Of a stretch of 44,323 bases of DNA, positions 26,030-37,402 are shown piece by piece; within the stretch, counting starts at the first letter, position 1, and each line of letters opens with the position of its first letter. Origin of the DNA: an uncultured Acinetobacter sp. GTDB taxonomy: Bacteria > Cyanobacteriota > Vampirovibrionia > Gastranaerophilales > Gastranaerophilaceae. The notes under the pieces were generated by a model, which made no database searches, had not been told where the DNA came from, and worked only from the letters and a program-made list of their open reading frames with translations. The stretch covers positions 1-44,323 of the forward strand of contig CAMORE010000001.1 of assembly GCA_946623365.1 (NCBI GenBank), written 5' to 3'. The position numbers were made by a program, and so were the translations under genes.

Positions 26030-27355
26030 CTATTTGCAAAAACGAACAATTCCGTTTGTAATACCTTTTGCGGCTTTAGTTATCCATTTATCATTTCTAT
26101 ACAAAACTGAATCCATTGGATTTGTCATATATGCGGCTTCAACCAAAACACCAATATAGTTGGTTGGTCTTATTACCGCAAAACTTGCAGTTCTAACTTC
26201 ATCATCTCTTGTTCCTGCTGAATTTGTAACCTCTTTTTCCATTACTTCCGCAAGCTGTTTTGCATTGTTATTAAAATAATATACACTTGTTCCCTTGTTT
26301 TTATGAATATCCATTGGAATATCGCCAATTGAATTTAAATGAATGCTTACAAAAATGTCAGCATCATTTTTTGTTGCAATATCTATTCTATCTTGAAGCG
26401 GAAGATCCGCATCGCATTCCCTTGTCATAACAACATTAAATCCCTTATCCAAAAGCATATCAGCAACCTGTTGTGCAATTTTCAGATTTATAGTCTTTTC
26501 TTCATCGCCAAGACAGCCTACCGCACCCTTCTCCATCCCGCCATGACCAGCATCTACAGCAACGGTTATGTCTTTAATATCTTCCGGTAATTTGCGAACT
26601 TTAAAAGTATATTTCCCATCTTCTAAATTTACTGTATACGTATACTTTTCAGGTTTAGGAATATTTAAATTATAAACCGATTCTTCTGATAATTCAGGAT
26701 TGTAAACTCTGAATATTATTTCCTTCTCACCATCTTCAATTGTATAGGGAAGTTTTTTTGAAAATGTAATTGTTTGAATTATTGCATTTTTATATCGTTC
26801 ACTATCCATATCTATAAAATCAGCCGGACAAAAACTTTCACTTGTTATCGTTACATCTTTTTTTGCAATCCACGCTATTTTATCTTTACCTAAAACAACT
26901 CTGTAAAATGAACCCTTTGAACCGTTTACAATAATATGCGTTCCTCCAAAAAGATGTGAGATTCTGTTCAAACCGGTATCTACAGGAGTACTTCTTAGCG
27001 GTGTATTATCTTTATTTACATAAGCTTTTGCAGGTTCAAAGTCTTCTGTAGGTATAGGTTGTACTTCCGGTGTTGTTTTATAAAATTTATATATAACAAG
27101 ACCATACGCTGTTTTTAATACAACTCTATTTTCACCCTCTTTTAATTTTACGGAATGCGCAAAAGCACCATTTGACGCAGTATAAACACTTTGTCCGTTT
27201 ATACTTAAACATTCCGAACTTTTTGCTTTACCGACAAAAAATGCATAATTTGAAGTTGTAATGCTCTTCTTTTCCTTCGGCAAAATTAGTTCGAACCCAA
27301 AAGCTTTTGTTGTTAATAAAAACAACGATAAAAATAATATAAAACCTCTTCTCAT
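26030..27355 (-). CDS. N-acetylmuramoyl-L-alanine amidase (Amidase_3) with an N-terminal SH3-like region
   Basis: Signal peptide; VDAGHGG, EK..NL, FVSIHLN and LVEAAY motifs. Confidence 0.93.
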   Translation of the reverse strand: MRRGFILFLSLFLLTTKAFGFELILPKEKKSITTSNYAFFVGKAKSSECLSINGQSVYTASNGAFAHSVKLKEGENRVVLKTAYGLVIYKFYKTTPEVQPIPTEDFEPAKAYVNKDNTPLRSTPVDTGLNRISHLFGGTHIIVNGSKGSFYRVVLGKDKIAWIAKKDVTITSESFCPADFIDMDSERYKNAIIQTITFSKKLPYTIEDGEKEIIFRVYNPELSEESVYNLNIPKPEKYTYTVNLEDGKYTFKVRKLPEDIKDITVAVDAGHGGMEKGAVGCLGDEEKTINLKIAQQVADMLLDKGFNVVMTRECDADLPLQDRIDIATKNDADIFVSIHLNSIGDIPMDIHKNKGTSVYYFNNNAKQLAEVMEKEVTNSAGTRDDEVRTASFAVIRPTNYIGVLVEAAYMTNPMDSVLYRNDKWITKAAKGITNGIVRFCK

Positions 27356-27410
27356 AAAAGCATTTTAATATAAAATTTTACTCATGGCAATTTTATGGTA
27401 GACTTAAATT

Positions 27411-29294
27411 ATGAGCGGGAATTACGTACCACTATACAGAAAATATCGTCCTCAAACATTAGATAAACTTGTAGGTCAAGAGCATATCAAGAAAACTTTA
27501 ACAAGTGCAATTGAGCTTGGAAAAATTGCGCATGCATTTCTTTTTACAGGTCCCAGAGGAACCGGTAAAACTTCAACAGCAAGAATTCTGGCAAAATCAC
27601 TCAACTGCAAGAACGGTCCTACGATACATCCTTGCGGAGAATGCGAAAGTTGTAAAGATATAGCAAACTCAATTCCTATTGATGTAATAGAAATTGATGC
27701 AGCAAGCAACCGTAAAGTTGAAGACACACAAAACATCTTAGAAAAAATTCAATATGTTCCCGTTAACGGAAAATATAAAATATACATTATAGATGAAGTT
27801 CATATGCTGACAAATCATGCATTCAACGCCCTTCTAAAAACGTTGGAAGAACCGCCTGAGAATGTTATTTTTATACTTGCAACGACAGAAGTACATAAAG
27901 TTTTAGACACAATTAAGAGCAGATGTCAAAGATTCGATTTTAGACGTATTACAACAGAAGATATTGTAAAACACTTACGATACATATCTGATGAAGAAAA
28001 AATTAATATTTCGGATGACGCACTTTTTACAATTGCAAAAAATTCAGCAGGCGGAATGCGTGACAGTATATCTCTTCTGGATCAACTAAGTTTATTGGGT
28101 GTATCTAAGGAAATTACTTCTGATGATGTTAATGCAATTTTAGGAAGAATCTCTTTTGATGTTTTGCATAAATTAAGCGAAAAAATAATTTCTTCATCCC
28201 CAAATGAAGCAATCGAAATCTTAAATGAAATATATAATGCAGGAAATGAACCTCTGCAAATATTAACTAATTTATCAGAATATTTTAAAAATCTTCTTAT
28301 TGTGAAAAATTGCAAAAAGGACTTGCTGCCTGAATTAACAGGTTTAAACGAACCGCAGATTGAAGAAATTATAAAACAAAAAGATAACTTGGAAACACAG
28401 CAGATTGTATTTTTATTAGAAAAAATTACATACTACATAAAAGAAGTTAAATTGGCTTCAAATCAGCATTTATGGCTTGAAGTCGGTATGATTGATTTGG
28501 CTAATATGACCGAAAATACAACTCTTTTGGATTTGCAGAATAGAGTGAAAGCACTTGAGTCAGGCAGCACTGTATCTTATCAACAAACTCCCAAAATGCC
28601 TGTTGAGCATGCCGCCGTTACAAGACCGGCTCCTATCCAGCCTGCTCAAGACAGAATATCGGATACGAAACTTGAAAACAAGGCTGTGTCTACTGTTACA
28701 GATATAAAATCAACGGAATCGGCAGAATCTGTTGATTCACATGAAGCATTCACTCCTCCTCCCATGTCTAAAAAATCTGACGGAAAAGACATACACTCTT
28801 TATGGGAAGTACTTTTGGCAAATATTAAGAGCGCTCCTGCTAAAGCTCTGTTAAAACAAATGGGCACTCCTGTTAAAATAACACAAGAAGAAATTATTAT
28901 AACATTTAAAACAGAAAATTTTGTTTCTCAATATTCAAATACAAATAAAAAAGATTTACTAATAGAAGCAGCAAAAATTTTATTCAACGGAGCAAACACA
29001 AAAATAACAATAAGACTTCCTCAATCCGGAGATGAGAATTTGCATAAATCAACCGGTGCTTCAGTAAAAAGCGAGCAAGAAGAAAAAAAAAAGATAGCGG
29101 AACCTGAACAAATAAATACAAATTCAATATCTAAAATAAAAAATGAACCAAAAGATATTGAACCTGATTCAGAAATAAATATACCGCAAGAAAATGATAA
29201 TTCTAAAATAATTGATAAAAAAGAGATTGAACGATTGGAATCCGATCAGGAAAAAATGGTCTTGGAATTATTTGATGGAAAATACATAGAATAA
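27411..29294 (+). CDS. dnaX: DNA polymerase III subunit gamma/tau
   Basis: LYRKYRPQ, GPRGTGKT, Zn-binding CGECESC, IDEVHML, KTLEEPP, SRCQ and GGMRD motifs. Confidence 0.98.
   Translation: MSGNYVPLYRKYRPQTLDKLVGQEHIKKTLTSAIELGKIAHAFLFTGPRGTGKTSTARILAKSLNCKNGPTIHPCGECESCKDIANSIPIDVIEIDAASNRKVEDTQNILEKIQYVPVNGKYKIYIIDEVHMLTNHAFNALLKTLEEPPENVIFILATTEVHKVLDTIKSRCQRFDFRRITTEDIVKHLRYISDEEKINISDDALFTIAKNSAGGMRDSISLLDQLSLLGVSKEITSDDVNAILGRISFDVLHKLSEKIISSSPNEAIEILNEIYNAGNEPLQILTNLSEYFKNLLIVKNCKKDLLPELTGLNEPQIEEIIKQKDNLETQQIVFLLEKITYYIKEVKLASNQHLWLEVGMIDLANMTENTTLLDLQNRVKALESGSTVSYQQTPKMPVEHAAVTRPAPIQPAQDRISDTKLENKAVSTVTDIKSTESAESVDSHEAFTPPPMSKKSDGKDIHSLWEVLLANIKSAPAKALLKQMGTPVKITQEEIIITFKTENFVSQYSNTNKKDLLIEAAKILFNGANTKITIRLPQSGDENLHKSTGASVKSEQEEKKKIAEPEQINTNSISKIKNEPKDIEPDSEINIPQENDNSKIIDKKEIERLESDQEKMVLELFDGKYIE
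29083..29093 (+). other. A10 run containing the A_AAA_AAG heptamer in dnaX (candidate frameshift or slippage site)
   Basis: GAA AAA AAA AAG ATA; stops follow at 29095 (+1 frame) and 29105 (-1 frame). Confidence 0.55.
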
Positions 29295-29322
29295 GCAGCA
29301 AGAGTTTGTTTAAAAATTTATT

Positions 29323-29351
29323 TTTACAAAAAATAAAAAATATAGTATAAT
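29323..29351 (+). promoter_or_regulatory. Sigma-70-type promoter
   Basis: TTTACA-17 nt-TATAAT upstream of the gene at 29385. Confidence 0.7.
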
Positions 29352-29384
29352 AGAGCAGTAGTTATAGTTATCAGGAGGGTTTTT

Positions 29385-29783
29385 ATGAAAGAGGAATTTA
29401 CAACAAATACTAGACGCTGGTATGACAAAGATCCGGTTTTGTCTTCTGCGATGAAAACACTTGAGGAATCTGATGACGAAACACAAATTAAAGTTGCTTT
29501 AAACTTGATTAAAATTATTACAGAGCATCACCTTTCAAGTACCGAATACGAATCTGTTGAAGATATTGTATCCGCAACAGAAGATGTATTAGATGATTCT
29601 AAACATGGAAGATGGTATGACCTGGACGGCACTCTGAGGACGGCTATAAGCTTGCTTCAAAATTGCCCTGAAGCAACAAGAAAAGTTATAGCGAAGGAAA
29701 TGGCTAAAAACGTTATTGAAACAATAAAGAAAGAAGATCAGGATGATTTGGATGATGTCCAGATAGAAGTTCCTGAAGAATAA
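29385..29783 (+). CDS. Hypothetical acidic protein with two RWYD helical repeats
   Basis: AGGAGG RBS; RRWYDKDPVLSSAMKTL / GRWYDLDGTLRTAISLL. Confidence 0.85.
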   Translation: MKEEFTTNTRRWYDKDPVLSSAMKTLEESDDETQIKVALNLIKIITEHHLSSTEYESVEDIVSATEDVLDDSKHGRWYDLDGTLRTAISLLQNCPEATRKVIAKEMAKNVIETIKKEDQDDLDDVQIEVPEE

Positions 29784-29803
29784 AATAAAAAGTTAGTATT
29801 ATA

Positions 29804-29845
29804 AAAAAGAATTGTTTATCCTTTTTAGGATAAACAATTCTTTTT
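29804..29845. terminator. Bidirectional intrinsic terminator
   Basis: 19-bp perfect inverted repeat AAAAAGAATTGTTTATCCT / AGGATAAACAATTCTTTTT between convergent genes. Confidence 0.85.
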
Positions 29846-30335
29846 AATTGAAAGTATGCTGTACTCTTAAACTTTTCTTTAAATCTTCCGTTTTATCAAG
29901 AAGAGTTTTTTCTTCATAAACAAAAGGTTTTTTGATATCATAAATTCCAACATTTACATTTGGCTCAACAGCAATAAGCTCTATTGGACTTTTTAATTTA
30001 CGTTCAATTTGTACAGAACGCATTTTATTTTTTATGTAATCTATAAAATAAGTCAAAAGATAAATATAGTCAGGAAGAATACTAATTCCTATCGGAGATT
30101 TGTCTTCTTTATAATATAAACATCTTTGTCCGATAACCTTGCATTCGTAGTATAACTTTTTCAGTCCTTCACCATATATTTCTCTTATATATGCTGTAGC
30201 ACCATTTTTTTCAAGCTTTTCCTGTCTGCCTATACACATACCTTCTCCTGTATAGAAATGCCAGACATTATTTTGCCTTTTTACTAATGCCTTATTAGCA
30301 GTTAAATATTGTGCGATTGGAGATACTTTTGTCAT
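29844..30335 (-). CDS. Hypothetical protein
   Basis: 163-aa ORF filling the space between the terminator and the next gene; no motif recognised. Confidence 0.7.
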   Translation of the reverse strand: MTKVSPIAQYLTANKALVKRQNNVWHFYTGEGMCIGRQEKLEKNGATAYIREIYGEGLKKLYYECKVIGQRCLYYKEDKSPIGISILPDYIYLLTYFIDYIKNKMRSVQIERKLKSPIELIAVEPNVNVGIYDIKKPFVYEEKTLLDKTEDLKKSLRVQHTFN

Positions 30336-30394
30336 TTTACTTTTCCGAATTTATTACTGTTTAGAAAGTTATTGCTATCTTTACTAAACTTCCC

Positions 30395-30841
30395 TTATTT
30401 TGACTCTATTTTTGCTGATTCGTCCTTTTTAATATCAGATTTCGGTATATTTGCTTCCGATAAATTTCTGATTCTTAATTCGGCATCATGGGCTTTTAAC
30501 ATACTTTTCAGAAAAGTATCATTCTGCGAAAGTTTCTTAACATCTGCAAAAACAGCCTTCAATTCTTCCTCGCTCAGACCTTCAGAAGCTTTCATACATA
30601 CAACCAATTTTTCTTTTCTAAAAGTAAAGTATGAAGCAGCAATAATTCCCCACAACAGAATTCCTTGAAAAATTCCTATCATTGGCATTTGAGAAAAATA
30701 AGAAGATACCAGATTCCAAAGTTTCATACATAACCATCCGGGGAACCAGACAAAACCGGCAGCCAAACAGCAGCCAATAAATGCCAGATATAAAATACCT
30801 CTGAACCCTTTTATCTGTATCACATTGAAACCTTTTCTCAT
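30395..30841 (-). CDS. Hypothetical 2-TM membrane protein
   Basis: Two hydrophobic segments and a charged C-terminus; directly downstream of ligA. Confidence 0.75.
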   Translation of the reverse strand: MRKGFNVIQIKGFRGILYLAFIGCCLAAGFVWFPGWLCMKLWNLVSSYFSQMPMIGIFQGILLWGIIAASYFTFRKEKLVVCMKASEGLSEEELKAVFADVKKLSQNDTFLKSMLKAHDAELRIRNLSEANIPKSDIKKDESAKIESK

Positions 30842-30872
30842 TTTATCATTCCGCCTTTATTAAAACTATTTA

Positions 30873-32885
<2,013 letters not shown>

Positions 32886-32938
32886 CTATATAAATTATAA
32901 TATCACAGATAATCTTTCAGATATTACAATGGTGCAGC

Positions 32939-34795
32939 TTATTTATTATCGGATGATTGCTGCTGCATTTTTGCGTGAGCTCTTCTTGTATTTGAGTATG
33001 TAAGCATAGGAATTAAAACACCTAAAATTATAGGAGAAATAATTACGGTAGAAATAAATCCCGGCATAGAATTAAATCCTCTTGCTACTTTTGCAATAGT
33101 ACCCTGCTTTCCTTTACCTGCATCGTTCATTAATTTTGATATTAATTCTTTTGTAGAAGCATTGTCTTCCATTTTTTCAAAGAAGGAAATTATTTTTTTA
33201 TTACTGTCAGCTCTGCTTTCTTTTTTTAGTGATTCCAGCGTAAACGTTGTATCATTAAATAATTCTTTTGCATTTTTTGACTCTGCCAATATTAAACTTA
33301 AGTCCCCGCCTTTTTTATCAATAAAATTAGCAAAATTAAGCATTCTTTCTTTTGAATCTATATTACCATATATAGCTTGTAACTCGCTATTTGAAAGAAT
33401 TTTTAATTTACTGTAAGGATTAATTTTGTCAATAAATCTTCTTCTAGCTCTGTTAGTTAGAACAAAACCTTTACTGTCTTCAATAAGGCTTACAAAGAAT
33501 TTTTGCAGAATTGGCACTGTAAATACAACTGACAGAGAAGAAATAGTGTCTCTTAACAGTATTTCATTAATTTCTGACATGTCACGTTTCCCGTTTTCGT
33601 CAATGTATGCTCTATTGTATGCTCTTATAGTCCTCGGTGCAAGTAAACCAAATAAAGATAAGCCTGCAAATAAAGATGACGTAAAGTTTATTCCGGTATA
33701 TTCAAACTCTCTTTTTATTATATCAGGTACTTTATTATGTAAAAATTTACCTATTTTTGAAAATATATTTTCCGAGTTTATACCTTTTCCTTTAAATGTT
33801 ACTTCTTTATTTTCAGCAGTTTCCTCTTGTTTTACCTTATTTTCTTCTTTCTGCTGCATTAAGTGAGCAGCACCGGGAGAAACATCGCTTGAAGCATATA
33901 TTTTGGGAATATAAGATAGTCCGGCAAGCGTTGCTGCTATTGTTCCGGTATTAAATAATAAACGCTTTGTTGCAAAGTTATTTTTAATATTTTCAGCCGC
34001 AGCAGAATCAATCTCTTTAAAGTTTTTATTTCTTTCAATTGCATCAACACCAAAATTATTTATTGCCTTCAGCATTTCTGCCGTACCGTATACTTGAGGC
34101 TTCCCATCATTATTGATAATCAGCCTGTCTATATTTTCAAGCTCTGATGTAGAATCAACTAATTTTGAATTAATTTTTTCTACCATATTATTTAATGCAT
34201 TATTCCGTTCTTTACGGGTTTTAGAATTCGCAAATTTTTCAAATTCACTATTCAGATATTCTAATGTATCTTTAGGATTTTTATCATTTTTGACAGTATC
34301 TTTGTATACTTTTTCTAATGTTTTTTTACAAAATTCCTGTTTAAATTTGTTTTTATCATTTTTTACGGCATCAGAGAATACAGATTTTTCAAGCATTGAC
34401 TTAAAGTTGTCACCCAAAGCCTGAATCAACTTAGTATTTGTAGATGTTGATTTGCATCCTTTCCCTGCCAGCCATAGCATAGCAGGAGGAACGAACATCA
34501 TAAAAGGACCTGTTAATCCTTCTCTTAGTGCTACTTCTTTCCCTTCTTTATAATTAAAATGACCGGTAACTTCTTTATCTCTGTAGAAACCGGTTGCAAT
34601 TCTCGGGAGAGTCATTCCCAATCCGTCTTGAATTAAGAATGACAAGAAATAACCTTGTTTTTCTATTCCCTGCATTAAAGCACCAGAAAAACCAAGTGCT
34701 CCTAATCCGACAGAAGATTTAAAAGAAGGGTTCGATTTGTTTTTATTTTTGCACAAAGGTGCCTTGCTGCTGTTGTTAATTGATGCTATTCTCAA
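32939..34795 (-). CDS. Hypothetical membrane-associated protein built from two homologous modules
   Basis: 618-aa ORF with a TTG start and AGGGA RBS. Each half begins with [S/T]FK and has a PR...E..LR[ED] motif and a hydrophobic end. Confidence 0.8.
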   Translation of the reverse strand: MRIASINNSSKAPLCKNKNKSNPSFKSSVGLGALGFSGALMQGIEKQGYFLSFLIQDGLGMTLPRIATGFYRDKEVTGHFNYKEGKEVALREGLTGPFMMFVPPAMLWLAGKGCKSTSTNTKLIQALGDNFKSMLEKSVFSDAVKNDKNKFKQEFCKKTLEKVYKDTVKNDKNPKDTLEYLNSEFEKFANSKTRKERNNALNNMVEKINSKLVDSTSELENIDRLIINNDGKPQVYGTAEMLKAINNFGVDAIERNKNFKEIDSAAAENIKNNFATKRLLFNTGTIAATLAGLSYIPKIYASSDVSPGAAHLMQQKEENKVKQEETAENKEVTFKGKGINSENIFSKIGKFLHNKVPDIIKREFEYTGINFTSSLFAGLSLFGLLAPRTIRAYNRAYIDENGKRDMSEINEILLRDTISSLSVVFTVPILQKFFVSLIEDSKGFVLTNRARRRFIDKINPYSKLKILSNSELQAIYGNIDSKERMLNFANFIDKKGGDLSLILAESKNAKELFNDTTFTLESLKKESRADSNKKIISFFEKMEDNASTKELISKLMNDAGKGKQGTIAKVARGFNSMPGFISTVIISPIILGVLIPMLTYSNTRRAHAKMQQQSSDNK

Positions 34796-34835
34796 AAATT
34801 TATCCCTATAGTCAACTAAGTGTAATATCTACACT

Positions 34836-34864
34836 ATTATACAAATTTATTGTTTGTTTAACAA
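34836..34864 (-). promoter_or_regulatory. Sigma-70-type promoter for the 618-aa gene
   Basis: Minus strand TTGTTA-17 nt-TATAAT. Confidence 0.6.
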
Positions 34865-34893
34865 GGTTTAGTATATAAGTTTGTTATAAATGT

Positions 34894-35547
34894 TTACAAT
34901 ATATCAGTCTTTTTTATAAAATCTTCAAGCTTTTTTATAAAAACCTCTTTTGTAATTTCCGGCAAGATTTCATTTACTGTTATTATTCCGGATATCTCTT
35001 CATTAAAAAGATGTTCCAGTAATTCTCTATTATACCCGAACAAAATTGAACCATGTTGAAGTATATAACCGTCTTTTCGATATTGAGCAGACCCTATAAT
35101 TTTCTTTCCCTTATAGCAGACATCCGCTCCGGTAGATAGTAACATACAGTAATCAAAATGAGTTGATATTTTTTTATCTTCACCAAAATCCAACGCTACA
35201 TCAAAATTTTTAAAAAAGTTAATCAGTACGCTTGAAATATATTTATATGATTCTTTTATATTATTGCCGTTCGGAATTTTTGATATCGGAACTACACAGC
35301 TATATGTAACCTCATTATCATGCAGCAGTGCTCTTCCGCCTGTTACCCTTCTTACCACGTCAATATCATTAATTTTAGTCAAAAAATCGCCTTTTTGGTT
35401 TCTTCCTATGGATATACATTTGGGAGACCAGCCATATAATCTAAAAACAGCACTTTCCGAAGATTGATTTATGGCATCCTCCAATAAATCGCAATCGATT
35501 TGCATATTTTCATTACCGTTATGAACGCTATACGGAATCAACTTCAT
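34894..35547 (-). CDS. Lipoate-protein ligase / octanoyltransferase family protein (LipM/LplA-like)
   Basis: NMQID, RLYGW, RRVTGGRALLH, KIIGSAQ and LQHGSI motifs. Confidence 0.9.
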   Translation of the reverse strand: MKLIPYSVHNGNENMQIDCDLLEDAINQSSESAVFRLYGWSPKCISIGRNQKGDFLTKINDIDVVRRVTGGRALLHDNEVTYSCVVPISKIPNGNNIKESYKYISSVLINFFKNFDVALDFGEDKKISTHFDYCMLLSTGADVCYKGKKIIGSAQYRKDGYILQHGSILFGYNRELLEHLFNEEISGIITVNEILPEITKEVFIKKLEDFIKKTDIL

Positions 35548-35558
35548 TTTTTATATTC

Positions 35559-36590
35559 CTATTGTCTGCTGCGTGCTTTTTTTAGTAAAGCATCGTCGTT
35601 AGCGTGTTCTGCAAGCGGTGCAGGGACAAATAAATCCAAATACCTTCTGATTGCATATTGATCAGTCATTCCTGAAATATAATCTGTTACAATTTGCGGA
35701 ATCTCTTCCTGTGAATAATAAGAAGCCAGCATTTCCGTATAATACTCATAAAGAGATTTAATAATATTTTTTGCTTTTTTCTCCTCAGCTTTTGCAACGG
35801 GATCTAAATATACATTATCGAACATCCAAGTTCTTAACTTTGTTACATAAAACCAACCCTCTTCTGACATAGAAACTTGAGGTTTTTCATAAGAATTATT
35901 TATTACATCAGTTATCATTTTCCCGAGACGTGTTGACTGATTTGAAGAAAAATAATCTACACAATCTTTTGGTAAATCGTTTTCGGAAATTATTCCTGCT
36001 CTTACTGAATCTTCGATATCATGATTTATATACGCAATTTTATCTGCATATTGAACAATTTGAGCTTCAGGAGTTTTTGGCTTATAACCCCAGGTGTGAG
36101 TTAGTATGCCGTCAATTGTTTCTTGACACAAATTCATATCCTCCAGCACCTCTACAACTCTTACGGATTGCAAATTGTGATGAAACCCGTTTGGAAGCAA
36201 GGAATCCAATGTCCCTTCACCACAGTGGCCAAAAGCGGTATGACCTAAGTCATGTCCCAGAGAGATTGCTTCTACCAAATCTTCATTAAGTCTTAGTGCT
36301 CGCGCCATTGTTCTTCCGATTTGCGAAACCTCAAGAGTATGTGTTAGTCTTGTTCTGAAATGATCATTATAAGGAGACAGAAAAACTTGTGTTTTATGCT
36401 TTAGTCTTCTAAAAGATTTTGAATGAAGAATTTTATCCCTGTCTCTTTGAAATTCTGTTCTTATTTCAAATTGTTCATCCCGCGAGCGCTTTCTGCCTTT
36501 TGAATCTTTGCATTTGGTTGCAAAAGGGCTTAACAATTCATACTCTCTCTCTTCTAATTGTTCTTTTATACTTTTGATTTCTGTATTCAT
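35559..36590 (-). CDS. dgt: Deoxyguanosinetriphosphate triphosphohydrolase-like HD protein
   Basis: FQRDRDKILHSKSFRRLKHKTQVF, RTRLTHTLEV, GHDLGH and DYISGMTD motifs. ATG 36590 is preferred over 36611. Confidence 0.93.
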   Translation of the reverse strand: MNTEIKSIKEQLEEREYELLSPFATKCKDSKGRKRSRDEQFEIRTEFQRDRDKILHSKSFRRLKHKTQVFLSPYNDHFRTRLTHTLEVSQIGRTMARALRLNEDLVEAISLGHDLGHTAFGHCGEGTLDSLLPNGFHHNLQSVRVVEVLEDMNLCQETIDGILTHTWGYKPKTPEAQIVQYADKIAYINHDIEDSVRAGIISENDLPKDCVDYFSSNQSTRLGKMITDVINNSYEKPQVSMSEEGWFYVTKLRTWMFDNVYLDPVAKAEEKKAKNIIKSLYEYYTEMLASYYSQEEIPQIVTDYISGMTDQYAIRRYLDLFVPAPLAEHANDDALLKKARSRQ

Positions 36591-36685
36591 AACTGAATTA
36601 TACAAAAACAAACATCTTTGTAACTACCCTAAATGTTGTATTTTAAAGGCAAATAGTGTATTATAGAACTAAGAGGGAGATTTTT

Positions 36686-37402
36686 ATGGAGATTTTTAAT
36701 TTAGACTTTTTAATCAGATTAACGGTCGCACTTGCATTAGGTTTTACTCTTGGATTAGAAAGAGAACTCACAAATAAGTATGCAGGGTTGAGAACGCATA
36801 TTCTTGTTTGTTTAGGCGCTTGTGTTTTTACACTCCTATCTATATACGGATTTCCGACATTTGCTGCGGGAGACAACGTAGTTGTTGATCAAGCAACCGG
36901 TATAAGAGATACAGCAAGAATTGCCGCTCAAATAGTTACAGGTATCGGTTTTATCGGCGCGGGAACAGTTTTAAGAAATGGACCTATGGTATTTGGTCTT
37001 ACTACTGCAGCAACACTATGGATGGCAGCAAGTATAGGTATGGCTTGCGGTGCGGGAATGTTTGATGTTGCCGTAATATCAACAATAATTAGCGTTGGCG
37101 TATTAACCGTTATTAGAGTTTTTGAGCGTCAGTTTCTGCCCAACAGCGGGAAATTATGCAGAAGATTCAAGCTGTCAATATACTGCAATGATGAAGATAC
37201 AAAGAAAATTTATGAATATTTAATTGAAAAAGTAGATGAGATTAAGGATCTTACTCATAAAAAATTGATTGAAAATCCTAATAAGTCTAAGTTTACAGCT
37301 TCTTTTACTTTGACAAATAAAAAACATATAGATGAACTATATAGCGAACTTCAACAGATAACAGACGCAGATTCTATTTCAATACAGGAAATGTATGATT
37401 AA
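36686..37402 (+). CDS. MgtC/SapB family membrane protein
   Basis: GLERE, AGLRTH, RIAAQIVTGIGFIGAG and GLTTAATLW motifs; ATG 36686 with a GGGAG RBS. Confidence 0.95.
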   Translation: MEIFNLDFLIRLTVALALGFTLGLERELTNKYAGLRTHILVCLGACVFTLLSIYGFPTFAAGDNVVVDQATGIRDTARIAAQIVTGIGFIGAGTVLRNGPMVFGLTTAATLWMAASIGMACGAGMFDVAVISTIISVGVLTVIRVFERQFLPNSGKLCRRFKLSIYCNDEDTKKIYEYLIEKVDEIKDLTHKKLIENPNKSKFTASFTLTNKKHIDELYSELQQITDADSISIQEMYD

